Shown here in pieces: positions 21,751 through 31,106 of a stretch of 64,000 nt of DNA. The notes under the pieces are model-generated. The model was not told the origin of the DNA. It did not search any database and was given only the letters and a program-made list of their open reading frames with translations. The position numbers and the translations under genes are program-made. How positions within the stretch are numbered: position 1 is the first letter of the stretch; every line of letters begins with the position of its first letter. This DNA is from Candidatus Rariloculaceae bacterium (GTDB lineage: Bacteria > Pseudomonadota > Gammaproteobacteria > Steroidobacterales > Rariloculaceae), in NCBI GenBank assembly GCA_965221035.1, contig OZ244860.1, positions 3,733,414-3,797,413 on the forward strand. The letters run 5' to 3'.

Positions 21751-22374
21751 ATGGAATATTCCGTTACCCAGGACGATATCGGTACACATCTACACTGGAA
21801 GCACGACGGGGTCACCGCCCAGATGATCGACTGGTTCTGGAGCAACATGGAGAAGGGGGTCATTCTCTGGCATCCGGAAGAGCATGAGCCGCTGACCTGG
21901 GAAGTGCCTCCCAAGCACGGCAACCCGATCCATTCGATTCACCTCGCACCGCAAACGTGGTCGGACGGTACACGCAGAAATCTCTACATCCGCTTTGAGG
22001 ATCTCGACGATGTGCCGACAAGATTCAAGGACGTGATCGACCATGAGCACGTGGTTGTCGTGGCCGGCCTCGGATTCGGGCCCGAGAGCATGGAGAATCC
22101 GGACCCCATGGGGTATCGCATTCACCAATGGGAGAAGACCGATTACGGAGTCAGGGGGCGTTCAACCGGCATCGGCACACGTGTGAAGGAAACCCATGAA
22201 GACGGCATGATCTGGGCCAAGCACTGCGCGCAGGAAGTGGGCAACTGGGGAGTGTTCCTGCCCCAGCTGTTTACGCTGTGGAAGGTGGTCAAGAACACGG
22301 ACTACAATCCGTTCACCGACCTGACAGTCGAAGGTAGCGGGGACACGCTGCGGTACAAGTATATTGATCGGTAA
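21751..22374 (+). CDS. PhlG / phloretin-hydrolase-like C-C hydrolase (short form)
   Basis: GVTAQMIDWFW...LWHPEEH, IRFED and C-terminal KHCAQE...FLPQLF match the recalled DAPG-hydrolase family motifs and metal ligands. Confidence 0.75.
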   Translation: MEYSVTQDDIGTHLHWKHDGVTAQMIDWFWSNMEKGVILWHPEEHEPLTWEVPPKHGNPIHSIHLAPQTWSDGTRRNLYIRFEDLDDVPTRFKDVIDHEHVVVVAGLGFGPESMENPDPMGYRIHQWEKTDYGVRGRSTGIGTRVKETHEDGMIWAKHCAQEVGNWGVFLPQLFTLWKVVKNTDYNPFTDLTVEGSGDTLRYKYIDR

Positions 22375-22391
22375 AATGCCTTGTTCGTGGG

Positions 22392-24911
22392 TCAGAAATT
22401 GACCGAAACCCCAACGCCATACGTGCGCGGCGGAGCCAGCGTCACGTACTCGGCCCCTCCGCCGAATGACGGACCGTAGTTCGTCTGAACCGCCTCGTTT
22501 CCGATATTCCGCGCATAGCCGTGAACAAACCAGGAGTTATCGGCTGAGGCCCAATTCAGATACAGGTTGTACAGACTGTAATCGTCTTGAACGGACTTGC
22601 CCGGATTGGCGATGTTTGCGCCCGGAGCTCCACCCAGGGACCAATATTCGCCGCGGTGTTCAGCGTTCAGACTTGCTGTCAGATTGCTGCCTCCTGGCAA
22701 CTGGAATATGTGGCTGTAGGTCAGATTGACTGCAGTCTCGGGCGAATTCTGCAAGACCAGGCCATCGTAGGACGCGTTGAGTGTGGAAAGATCGCCGTAC
22801 ATCGACGAGATTGCGTCGGAATCCGTGAAACCGACCTGGTTCATGGTCGCTTCAAAGTCGGCTGCCGAGGGAAGGCCTGTAGGAGCCGTTGTGATCGAAT
22901 CCAGCAATTCCAGCGACAGATCCAACCGGTCGGAGTCCGTAAGCAACCAATTCAGTTCGATGTCGACTCCGGAGCTGATGAGGTCCGGAACCGTCGATGC
23001 CAGTATCTGGTAGCACGCATAACCGGTTAGCGGGTCAAAGAATGCAGGGTTCGGAAACGGGAATGCCGAGCACGCGGGAAACGGTGGTGCGAACTGCGGG
23101 TTGACCTCCACGCCCACACTGCCTTCCAGCATCCGGTCATGGTATTCGGAGTCGAAATATTCGAAATTGAACTGCAAGCGATCTTGAAGCCAGCGGCTCT
23201 TGTAACCGAGAGTTATTTGATCCAGCGTTTCCGCAACGGTGCCTTCAGGAGCAAACGCAAATATGTTGCCTGCCTGATATCCGGTGCTGTAAACGGCGTA
23301 CGCCATCGAATCTCCGCCTGAAAGGTCGTATTCGACGCCAAGACGGTAAGTCACGTCATCCCAGGCTCTCGCGCCGGTGCTCGCAGGCGGATAACCTTGC
23401 GGTCCGGGACCTGTGCTGTCACCGGGTGTATCCGAGAGTCTAAGGTAGGATTTTTCGTCGTCGCTTTGGCGAACACCCGCCACGATGCGCAGCGTATCCG
23501 TTACCGGAAACGCACCGTTCACATAGACCGAGAGCGTTTCGTGCGCGTTGTTGTCGAACGACCAGCAATACGCATTCTCGGTAAGGCTCACCGCCGGACA
23601 GAACGGTCCCGCTCCGAACCCGGGAAAGCCGGCGGAACGAAATGTTCCGTCAAGCTCGGTATCGTAATAATAGAGGCCGGCGAGCCACTCGAACGGCGCG
23701 TCCGGGGAAGAGGTCAACTGCACATCGACCTGGGTGGTCTCCTGCCGTCGGTCCTCGCTTCGCCAGTCGGTGCCGCGCGGGGGTTCTTCGGACAGAAAGT
23801 GCGCTTTCTGGAAGGAAGGCGCCACGGTCAGGGTTCCGATACCCGTGATCCAGTCAACGTCTGCGCTGAACTGGTCGATCGTCGTATTGCGGAAAGGGCT
23901 GTTCGGCCAGGAGTCAAACGGATAACCATCGTCCCAGGGATCGGACCGGTCCCGGTACGATGTGCCATCGTTGATATGGCCGTACAACGTTCCCATGGTC
24001 ACGTCGTAACAGGGTGACGTCGCGCACACGCCACCGGGCGGCCCAGGCGGCCCACCCGGTGGTGCGGGAGGGCGGATGGGATCCTGATCCGGATTGTACG
24101 CTTCCCAGTAGCCGCCATATGTGAGGACGCTCGTGTCGACACCATTACCGCCGATCGTGTTTTGGGACGCCGTCAGGACAATGTTCAAAGCGTCATCGGG
24201 CTGAATGCGATACTTGATACGGTAGTTCGTCAAATCCGAGTCGCCCGCCCCGGAAGAAATGTAACCGTTCCTCTGGACGTCCGAATAGGCGATACGGATT
24301 GCCTGATTGTCGGCCAGCGGGATATTGACCACGCCTTCGAAACTGGCCAGGTCAAAACTTCCAACCTCCAGCGAACCGTTTCCTTCAAATTCGAAAACCG
24401 GATCATTGGATACCAGGCTCACCGCGCCCGCCAGCGAGGCGGCCCCAAGCGTTGTGCTCTGCGTACCGCGCATCACCTCGACCTGCTGCAGGTCCAGTGA
24501 ACCCCCGCGTACCGTTTCGCCCCTATTCTGGTACACCCCATCGATGAGCACCGCCACGACGGGTGTTCCCGTGCCTGGGGGCTGCGGTCCGGAACCAACG
24601 CCGATTCCCCTCAAGAAAAAGGAGTCGCCGACCTGGCTTCCCTGCGAGGCCACCCCAACGACCCCACGCATGATCTCGTCGATGCGTTTCTTGCCTTGGG
24701 CCCGCAATTGTTCGCCGGTGAACACTTGAATGGACATGGACGTTTTCTGCAGATCGGCTTCACGTCTTTCTGCGGTGACGACTATCTCCTCAAGCATCGA
24801 GCCGGCTTCATCCTGGGCTGGCGAATTTGTCGTGTGCAGCAAGCCAACCGCTGCCGCGAGGGTGCCGACAATGTTAAGAATCCGCCTTGGCTGAATTGGT
24901 CGATTCATCAT
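22392..24911 (-). CDS. TonB-dependent receptor
   Basis: LEEIVVTAERRE, VEVMRGTQST, PRTYGVGVSVNF. Confidence 0.95.
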   Translation of the reverse strand: MMNRPIQPRRILNIVGTLAAAVGLLHTTNSPAQDEAGSMLEEIVVTAERREADLQKTSMSIQVFTGEQLRAQGKKRIDEIMRGVVGVASQGSQVGDSFFLRGIGVGSGPQPPGTGTPVVAVLIDGVYQNRGETVRGGSLDLQQVEVMRGTQSTTLGAASLAGAVSLVSNDPVFEFEGNGSLEVGSFDLASFEGVVNIPLADNQAIRIAYSDVQRNGYISSGAGDSDLTNYRIKYRIQPDDALNIVLTASQNTIGGNGVDTSVLTYGGYWEAYNPDQDPIRPPAPPGGPPGPPGGVCATSPCYDVTMGTLYGHINDGTSYRDRSDPWDDGYPFDSWPNSPFRNTTIDQFSADVDWITGIGTLTVAPSFQKAHFLSEEPPRGTDWRSEDRRQETTQVDVQLTSSPDAPFEWLAGLYYYDTELDGTFRSAGFPGFGAGPFCPAVSLTENAYCWSFDNNAHETLSVYVNGAFPVTDTLRIVAGVRQSDDEKSYLRLSDTPGDSTGPGPQGYPPASTGARAWDDVTYRLGVEYDLSGGDSMAYAVYSTGYQAGNIFAFAPEGTVAETLDQITLGYKSRWLQDRLQFNFEYFDSEYHDRMLEGSVGVEVNPQFAPPFPACSAFPFPNPAFFDPLTGYACYQILASTVPDLISSGVDIELNWLLTDSDRLDLSLELLDSITTAPTGLPSAADFEATMNQVGFTDSDAISSMYGDLSTLNASYDGLVLQNSPETAVNLTYSHIFQLPGGSNLTASLNAEHRGEYWSLGGAPGANIANPGKSVQDDYSLYNLYLNWASADNSWFVHGYARNIGNEAVQTNYGPSFGGGAEYVTLAPPRTYGVGVSVNF

Positions 24912-24978
24912 CTTGTAACCCGCCGAGCTTAATTGAAAATCAGGCTGCCATGTTCGGCGATCGATAGTCAGTTATCCA

Positions 24979-25015
24979 ATCGTGGATTTCGATAGCAGCT
25001 ATCGCATTCACCTAT
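24979..25015 (-). promoter_or_regulatory. nod-box-like LysR site (class I) upstream of TBDR
   Basis: Minus strand ATA-GGTGAATGC-GAT-AGCTGCT-ATC-GAAATCCAC-GAT. Confidence 0.65.
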
Positions 25016-25028
25016 TCTGGGCGCCTGT

Positions 25029-25829
25029 TCACGCAGTGGTGATATACGGCCTCAGATGCCGTTTGAAGTCGTCCGTTGGCGCTTCGAGCAGGAATTGGCA
25101 CACAAAGTCCACCGCCGGCTGCAGAAAGGGGTAGCGGTCGTAAGTGGCCCAGGGTGGCTTCGAATAATGGACCTTGGACTCGATGACCGCATCGCGCCAG
25201 GCGTTGGCGTTCTCGTACCAGAGCTCAGTGACCCTTGCAAACGGGCCCAACCGTGGTTCCCGTACTTGCCTGTAGCTAAAGAAACGCTTGAGTCCCGGTT
25301 GCGAGGCGACTTCCGGCGCGTGAACCTTCAGGAACCATTCTTCACCCTCTTCGACAGACACGCCGTCAGGGTACTTGTGCGCTGTGATCCAGCGTATGAT
25401 GGTTCCGTCGTCCAGAGTCAGTCCCTTGCCCAGGAAATCGTCCGCACGACGGCTCTGGACGAATATCATGACCGGCGGATGGGGTCCGCCTGGGCTCCCA
25501 GCCCAACCGGCGGTACGCGCTTCGCCTTCAGGAAGGCCCACCGCCGCTGCATAGTTCGAGGGCCAGACTTCGCTCAACGCGGTGCCGTGGTCCATTACGC
25601 CACCTATCCAGGGCGGTTCGCGCCACCAGTGTTCCGTCATGCGCCAGTTGTAAGGAAAAAAGCGTTCCGAGCCCTCCGGCGCTGGCACGGCGCGATAGCT
25701 CGTGTAGCGCTCCAGGATGGGATCAAGCTGGCCAACCGTCTCGCGGGCATGATCCTTGAGCAGCCATCGCTCCATCAGGGGCAACTCGTTCATGTCGGCG
25801 AGATTCAATATCAGGTAGCTGCGCAGCAT
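25029..25829 (-). CDS. Bacterial-type chalcone isomerase homolog (EthD-like two-domain fold)
   Basis: Colinear motifs with Eubacterium ramulus CHI as recalled: RWLLKDH, MTEHWW, DFLGKGLTLDDG, YPDGVSVEEGEEW, ELWYEN, KPPWA...PFLQP, terminal YIT; GGAGG RBS. Confidence 0.8.
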   Translation of the reverse strand: MLRSYLILNLADMNELPLMERWLLKDHARETVGQLDPILERYTSYRAVPAPEGSERFFPYNWRMTEHWWREPPWIGGVMDHGTALSEVWPSNYAAAVGLPEGEARTAGWAGSPGGPHPPVMIFVQSRRADDFLGKGLTLDDGTIIRWITAHKYPDGVSVEEGEEWFLKVHAPEVASQPGLKRFFSYRQVREPRLGPFARVTELWYENANAWRDAVIESKVHYSKPPWATYDRYPFLQPAVDFVCQFLLEAPTDDFKRHLRPYITTA

Positions 25830-25886
25830 GCTGTACCTCCGGCGTGATGATGAAATAAGGTAATTCATGGAGTCACCATGTCCAAA

Positions 25887-25923
25887 ATCGCTATTATCGA
25901 TTGCACACATAGATGGGTCGGAT
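25887..25923 (-). promoter_or_regulatory. nod-box-like LysR site (class I) in the CHI/LysR divergent region
   Basis: Minus strand ATC-CGACCCATC-TAT-GTGTGCA-ATC-GATAATAGC-GAT. Confidence 0.65.
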
Positions 25924-25969
25924 GCGACAGCACAGGATGGACTCGACGCAGCACCCCGGGAGCTTCTAA

Positions 25970-26896
25970 ATGCATTTCAATCGCTTTGACCTGAATTTGC
26001 TTGTCGCGCTGGACGCGCTTCTCGAAGAAAAAAACGTGACACGCGCGTCGGAAAGACTGTTCATGTCCCAACCCGCGATGAGCGGGGCCCTCCAGAGGCT
26101 TCGGGAACGATTCAATGATCCGTTGTTGATCCGGGTAGGCAGAACGATGGAGTTGACGCCGCGCGCCAGGACCCTGATCGAACCCGTAAGGGAAATACTG
26201 CTCCAGATTCAGAATACCATCGACGTCGAGCCGGAATTCGACCCGGCGACCGCGAGAAGGTCGTTTACGGTGCTCATGAGCGACTACGTGTCAACGGTAC
26301 TGGTGCCCGAGGTGCTGCGCCGAATCTCGACCAGGGCGCCCGGTGTGAAGATACAGGTCGCCATGCTGGGCGGGCGGGATCACGAGCGGTTGGAAGCCGG
26401 TCGGGCGGACTTGATGATTCGGGCCCGCGTCGACCCAAGGAGCGAATCCGCGCTGATTTCGGAGAACCTCAATGTCGATGAACTGTTCGACGACGACTGG
26501 GTTTGCGTGGCGGACGCCAATCATCCGGCTATCGCTGACGAACTGACGCTGGAGGAATACGTCAGTCTTCCCCACGTTTCACACGATTTTGGCGGGCGGA
26601 CTCCCATGCTTGAAGAAATTTCGCACGCACAGATTTCACTGGACCTCGACGTTCGCGCGGCGGCGCCGAATTTCTCGACTCTGGTGTTCATGTTGCCTGG
26701 CACCCGGTTGATCGCCGTGATACCGCGGCGTCTGGCGCGGACGCTGTCCAGGAATGTGGATATGAAAATCATGAAGCCACCCGTTGAGCTTCCGCCGCTG
26801 AATGAAGTGTTGATCTGGCACAATCGCCACGAGTTGGATGCGGCGCATTCCTGGTTGCGGGGCGTGTTCAGGGAAACCGCGCGAGAGCTGGATTGA
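25970..26896 (+). CDS. LysR regulator, NodD-like
   Basis: FDLNLLVALDALL, SQPAMSGAL.RLR..FNDPL, FDPAT..R.F...SDY. Confidence 0.92.
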   Translation: MHFNRFDLNLLVALDALLEEKNVTRASERLFMSQPAMSGALQRLRERFNDPLLIRVGRTMELTPRARTLIEPVREILLQIQNTIDVEPEFDPATARRSFTVLMSDYVSTVLVPEVLRRISTRAPGVKIQVAMLGGRDHERLEAGRADLMIRARVDPRSESALISENLNVDELFDDDWVCVADANHPAIADELTLEEYVSLPHVSHDFGGRTPMLEEISHAQISLDLDVRAAAPNFSTLVFMLPGTRLIAVIPRRLARTLSRNVDMKIMKPPVELPPLNEVLIWHNRHELDAAHSWLRGVFRETARELD

Positions 26897-27007
26897 AGGC
26901 TCAAATCGAGAGCAAATACCTCGTATCGATATAATCGATTCATTCATCAATAGGCACTGCTGTACGATGCGAAATTCGGGATGCAGGTGCTGGCAACAAG
27001 GGTCGAA

Positions 27008-27412
27008 ATGGCGTCGGAGCAGGCTTTCGAATTTCATCACGGCGGCGTAAGCGTTCCAGACCTCGATGCGGCAATCGGCTGGTATCGGGAGATGCTCGGA
27101 TTTGAGGTCGAGAAGCGGTTTTCGATTCCGGGTGCAAATGCCGACGTTGCGATGGTCCGCAGAGGCGACCTGCGATTCGAGTTATTCGAGGTGATGGATG
27201 CCGATCCGCTGCCCGAAGATCGTCGCCACCCTGATCGCGACTTGCGTACTCACGGTAACAAACACATTGCCTTCCGGGTCGAAGATGCCGAAGCATTCCT
27301 TGAGCTGATGACCAGGAAGAACGCCGATGTGGCAATGGTTGTTAGGGAAGATTTCGGAACGGGCTTCTTCATCCGCGACTGCGCCGGCAATCTCATCGAG
27401 TTTGTTGAATGA
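27008..27412 (+). CDS. VOC/glyoxalase family protein
   Basis: FHHGGVSVPDLD, HIAFRV, RDCAGNLIEFVE. Confidence 0.88.
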   Translation: MASEQAFEFHHGGVSVPDLDAAIGWYREMLGFEVEKRFSIPGANADVAMVRRGDLRFELFEVMDADPLPEDRRHPDRDLRTHGNKHIAFRVEDAEAFLELMTRKNADVAMVVREDFGTGFFIRDCAGNLIEFVE

Positions 27413-27462
27413 GTGCGGAGGCCGACGTCTTGTGACGGGTGGCTCGCGTGCCTGACACCGAT

Positions 27463-28401
27463 TCAGAAATTCACCTTGTCTGCGCCCTTGAGATCCAGCA
27501 TCTCGCGAACGTCGTCGGGAGACGCGATCTCGTAGCCGAGTTCCTCGATGATGCGTCGCACCTTGGCGACCTGTTCCGCATTCGACTCCGCCAGCTTGCC
27601 GCGCTCGATGAAGAGGGAGTCCTCTAGCCCAACCCTCACGTTGCCCCCCAGCATGACGGCCAGTGTGGCCATCGGTATCTGCGCGGCACCCGCACCGAGC
27701 ACCGACCACTGGTACTGGTCGCCGAACAGGCGGTCCGCGGTGCGCTTCATGAATACCAGGTTGTCCGGTTCGGCGCCGATCCCGCCGAGTATGCCCATGA
27801 CGAACTGCAGGAATATCGGCGGTCTGAAAAGACCCGTGTCCATGCAGAACTTGAGATTGTACAAGTGGCCGACGTCGTAGCATTCATGCTCGAACTTGAC
27901 GTTGTGCCCGCGTCCCAGCGCCTTTTCGACCTGGGCGATGTCGCGGAAGGTGTTGCGGAAGATGTAGCTGTCCGAATTTTCTACGTAGTCTCGCTCCCAG
28001 TCGAACTTCCATGATTCGAACCGCTGTGCCAGCGGATGGAAGGAGAAGTTCATGCTGCCCATGTTCAGGGAGCTCATTTCCGGTGAGGCCACCTCGGAGG
28101 GTCTGATGCGGTCGTCGATGGACGTCTTGAGACTGCCGCCGGTGGAGAGATTGACGACCGAGTCGGTGTGTTTCTTGATGGTCGGAAGAAAGCGCATGAA
28201 GTGGTCAGGGTCGAGCGACACGGAACCGTCCGAGGGATCGCGCGCGTGCAGATGCAGTACGGCGGCGCCGGCTTCAGCCGCATCGATGGCCTGCCGGGCG
28301 ATGTCCTCGGAGCGGTAGGGCAGGGCGTCGGACATGGTCGGCGTGTGGATCGCCCCTGTAATCGCACAGGTTATTGCTACCTTTCTCGGTTTCCTTGCCA
28401 T
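27463..28401 (-). CDS. BKACE/DUF849 beta-keto acid cleavage enzyme (triacetate acetoacetate-lyase candidate)
   Basis: ITCAITGAIHTP, HLHARD, LNMGSMNF, RVGLED. Confidence 0.92.
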   Translation of the reverse strand: MARKPRKVAITCAITGAIHTPTMSDALPYRSEDIARQAIDAAEAGAAVLHLHARDPSDGSVSLDPDHFMRFLPTIKKHTDSVVNLSTGGSLKTSIDDRIRPSEVASPEMSSLNMGSMNFSFHPLAQRFESWKFDWERDYVENSDSYIFRNTFRDIAQVEKALGRGHNVKFEHECYDVGHLYNLKFCMDTGLFRPPIFLQFVMGILGGIGAEPDNLVFMKRTADRLFGDQYQWSVLGAGAAQIPMATLAVMLGGNVRVGLEDSLFIERGKLAESNAEQVAKVRRIIEELGYEIASPDDVREMLDLKGADKVNF

Positions 28402-28426
28402 TCGAGTTGCTCCCGCATTGCATTTG

Positions 28427-28469
28427 GCGCCGCATCAACCTGATGCGGCCCTTTCAGGTTGACGCGGCG
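28427..28469. terminator. Inverted repeat / hairpin
   Basis: CGCCGCATCAACCTGA ... TCAGGTTGACGCGGCG. Confidence 0.5.
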
Positions 28470-28586
28470 CTAAAGCTTCTGCCGTTGTCGGAGTCTCAGG
28501 TAGCCCACGAGCGCGATGACGCCGAATATCAGCATCATGGACACGACACCGCCCATCCAGATTCGTGTGACTTCCAGTTCAGCCAT
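28470..28586 (-). CDS. 38-aa single-TM peptide (MAELEVTRIWMGGVVSMMLIFGVIALVGYLRLRQRQKL)
   Basis: Manual translation; overlaps the upstream small ORF stop, GGAG RBS, hydrophobic core with basic tail. Confidence 0.6.
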   Translation of the reverse strand: MAELEVTRIWMGGVVSMMLIFGVIALVGYLRLRQRQKL

Positions 28587-28692
28587 TGCGTCGCTCCCGC
28601 TCCGGTTTCCGTAGACGTCCAGCGATGAAAACGCCGACCACAACGAATGCGACGATCAAGGCCAGGCTCGTGAAAAATATTTCGACAAACAT
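28579..28692 (-). CDS. 37-aa single-TM peptide (MFVEIFFTSLALIVAFVVVGVFIAGRLRKPERERRNG)
   Basis: Manual translation; AAGGAGG RBS directly after the symporter stop. Confidence 0.65.
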   Translation of the reverse strand: MFVEIFFTSLALIVAFVVVGVFIAGRLRKPERERRNG

Positions 28693-28704
28693 GGAGACCT
28701 CCTT

Positions 28705-30150
28705 TCAGCCTGCGGTGCTCCGATTCAGGTAGCCGGGTTGGCCGGGCCGCACCAGGTTGCCGACGACCAGGCACCCGATGGCGACGACGACGGTGACCAG
28801 GGCGTTCGGCATCCCCGCCATACCGAGCCAGTCGGGCAGGTCGCTGAACGACCATAACGAATTGGCGATCCAGCTTGCCAGCAGCGTCGTGATGGCCACA
28901 CCCTGGTTGCAGCGCCAGAACAAGCCGAAAACCAGCACCCAGAATACCGGCACGAGCCAGGCGAACAGCCAGTTCATCGCCGCGAGAATCGGCGGCAGGA
29001 AGGATGCCACGCCGATTGCGGTGCCTGCCACGATCACGATGACGACGCGCATCACCAGCGTCATACGCCCTTCGTCTGCGTTCGGGTTATACAGGTTTCG
29101 ATAAATGTCATGGCTGAAGATCGTCGCGATCGCCAGGGAGATCATCGCGAAGGTGGAAAGTATCGCCGCGAGGAACGCGGCCAGCAGCATCGCCGCGAGC
29201 CAGTTGGGAAGGTAGGCCACGAGCATGGAGGTGGCGGCCACCTTCTGACCGAGCACCTGAAATTCGGGAATCGACTTCGCCGCGAGGCCGAGCACCACGG
29301 CGAACACGCCGAACAACCCGTTGACCGGGGCGGCGATCCACAGGGCGCGCATGATGGTCCTTTCGCTTTTCGCCGCCATGGCAGGCTGCAGCAGCATCTG
29401 GTTGATGCCCTGGCTGAAGATCACCGCAACCAGCGTACCGAGCACGAATGTCAGCATAATCTCCGCGTTGCCGAAGATCGAGAGCATGTGCGCCTGGTCG
29501 GCACCCAGGTAGAACTGCTCGACCGAATCGAAATTCCGGCCGGGCAGGTTCAGGGCCACGACGATGACGGCGAGGATCAACCCAACGTACATGACCACCG
29601 CGTTGACCAGGTTGACGATACCGATTTCGTTGATGCCGGCAAGGATGACATAGAGGATGCCGAGAACGCCGCCGACGACGGCGCCGGTGGGTATGCTCCA
29701 GTCGGTGAGCGAGGCGAAGATGATGCCGATACCCTGCGCCTCGACGGTCAATATCCCGAACAGCACCCCGGCCATGACGCAGGATACGAGCAGACGCGTC
29801 TCCACGCCGTAGCTCATCTGGAGCAGCTGCGGCACGGTCGCCACGCCGACTCTCCTCAGCCAGACGCCCGTGCCGAGACATACGACCACCAACAGGATCA
29901 CGTGTGCGAGGCTGAACCAGACAGCGGCGGCGCCCAGTATCCAGGCCATCTCGAAGACGCCGAGGATATGCGCGGTACCCAGGACTGTCAGCGCAAGCGT
30001 GACGGCGACCACAGGCATCGGCAGACTGCGATGGGCCAGGGCGAATTCGTCCTTGGCCGTCGCGTCCCTGCGGCGCTGCAGCCAGAGGCCGAGCCCGACG
30101 ATCACGATGACTTCGTACGCCAGGACGGCGCCTAGCAATGTGTAATTCAT
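28705..30150 (-). CDS. Sodium:solute symporter family protein
   Basis: About 13 TM segments; EFALAHRSL, LAAFLAAILST, IYRNLYNPNA. Confidence 0.9.
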   Translation of the reverse strand: MNYTLLGAVLAYEVIVIVGLGLWLQRRRDATAKDEFALAHRSLPMPVVAVTLALTVLGTAHILGVFEMAWILGAAAVWFSLAHVILLVVVCLGTGVWLRRVGVATVPQLLQMSYGVETRLLVSCVMAGVLFGILTVEAQGIGIIFASLTDWSIPTGAVVGGVLGILYVILAGINEIGIVNLVNAVVMYVGLILAVIVVALNLPGRNFDSVEQFYLGADQAHMLSIFGNAEIMLTFVLGTLVAVIFSQGINQMLLQPAMAAKSERTIMRALWIAAPVNGLFGVFAVVLGLAAKSIPEFQVLGQKVAATSMLVAYLPNWLAAMLLAAFLAAILSTFAMISLAIATIFSHDIYRNLYNPNADEGRMTLVMRVVIVIVAGTAIGVASFLPPILAAMNWLFAWLVPVFWVLVFGLFWRCNQGVAITTLLASWIANSLWSFSDLPDWLGMAGMPNALVTVVVAIGCLVVGNLVRPGQPGYLNRSTAG

Positions 30151-30327
30151 GTTTTTCCTTGTCCGGCCGGCACGTTGCCGGTAATTCGTTCCAAGATCTC
30201 GTTTCGTGTGCCGAAAGGCGAGTTTCCAAGTGTAGCGTCTATCGCATCGTTGCGGGTTCGAATGTAGTCAATTTTGATTGGAATGGATATGATGTCATGA
30301 CATCAATTGAGCTGAGGTCAAGACATC

Positions 30328-30594
30328 ATGCGCAGCACCGTACGAATCGACGACGACTTGATGACCACCGTCAAGGCTCGGGCTACGGGCGAGGGCGTAT
30401 CGATGACGAAAATGCTCAATCGGGTGGTGCGGTTGGGCCTTGAAGCGATGAGCCTTAAAGCTGAGAAATCCACTCCATACCGGGAAACGACGTTCCGCAT
30501 GGGGCGCCCCCAAGTCGACCTCGACAAGGCGCTCGCGCTGGCCGCCAGTCTTGAAGACGATGAGACGCTCTGCAAGATCTCATTGCGAAAATGA
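30328..30594 (+). CDS. vapB: VapB-like antitoxin (RHH)
   Basis: MRSTVRIDDDL; ATGA overlap with the PIN gene. Confidence 0.8.
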   Translation: MRSTVRIDDDLMTTVKARATGEGVSMTKMLNRVVRLGLEAMSLKAEKSTPYRETTFRMGRPQVDLDKALALAASLEDDETLCKISLRK

Positions 30595-31049
30595 AGATTG
30601 TGGACGTGAATGTGCTCCTTTATGCGGTCAACGAGGAGGCGCACCAGCACTCGACTGTTCGCTGGTGGTGGGAGCGCGCTTTGAGCGCGGACGAGACCAT
30701 CGGACTGCCCTGGTTGGTGCTTTCCGGGTTCTTGCGCCTGTCGACCCACTCGAAAGTGTTTCCCCAGCCACTTTCCGTGGACACTGCGCTCAAGAAAGTC
30801 GACGCTTGGCTGTCGGCCCGCCCGGTCGCGGCGATATCGGAAAAACCCGGCCATTGGTCCATGCTGCGGCGGCTATTGGCCGACGCCGGCACTGCGGGGA
30901 ACTTGACGACGGACACGCACTTGGCGGCCTTGGCCATCACGCACCATGCGGCTTTGGTCTCGTGCGATGGCGATTTTGCGCGGTTTCAAGGGCTGCGTTG
31001 GGAGAATCCGTTGTCCGGAAAAATCCGTCTGAACCCGGATTTCCGGTAG
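30591..31049 (+). CDS. vapC: VapC PIN-domain toxin
   Basis: IVDVNVLLYA, NLTTDTHLAALA, SCDGDFARF.GLRWENP. Confidence 0.92.
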   Translation: MKIVDVNVLLYAVNEEAHQHSTVRWWWERALSADETIGLPWLVLSGFLRLSTHSKVFPQPLSVDTALKKVDAWLSARPVAAISEKPGHWSMLRRLLADAGTAGNLTTDTHLAALAITHHAALVSCDGDFARFQGLRWENPLSGKIRLNPDFR

Positions 31050-31106
31050 GCGCCGTCGGCCTCCTTCCGGGCGAGCGCCACCCGCAAATCTTGTGGAAAG
31101 CCTGTT

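Noticed and set aside
24030-24080. Pro/Gly-rich stretch in the TBDR
   Set aside because: Ordinary low-complexity loop with no repeat structure beyond composition
25970-26896. NodD-like genes as evidence of nodulation
   Set aside because: No nodABC or other nod genes; the context is catabolic, as for FdeR
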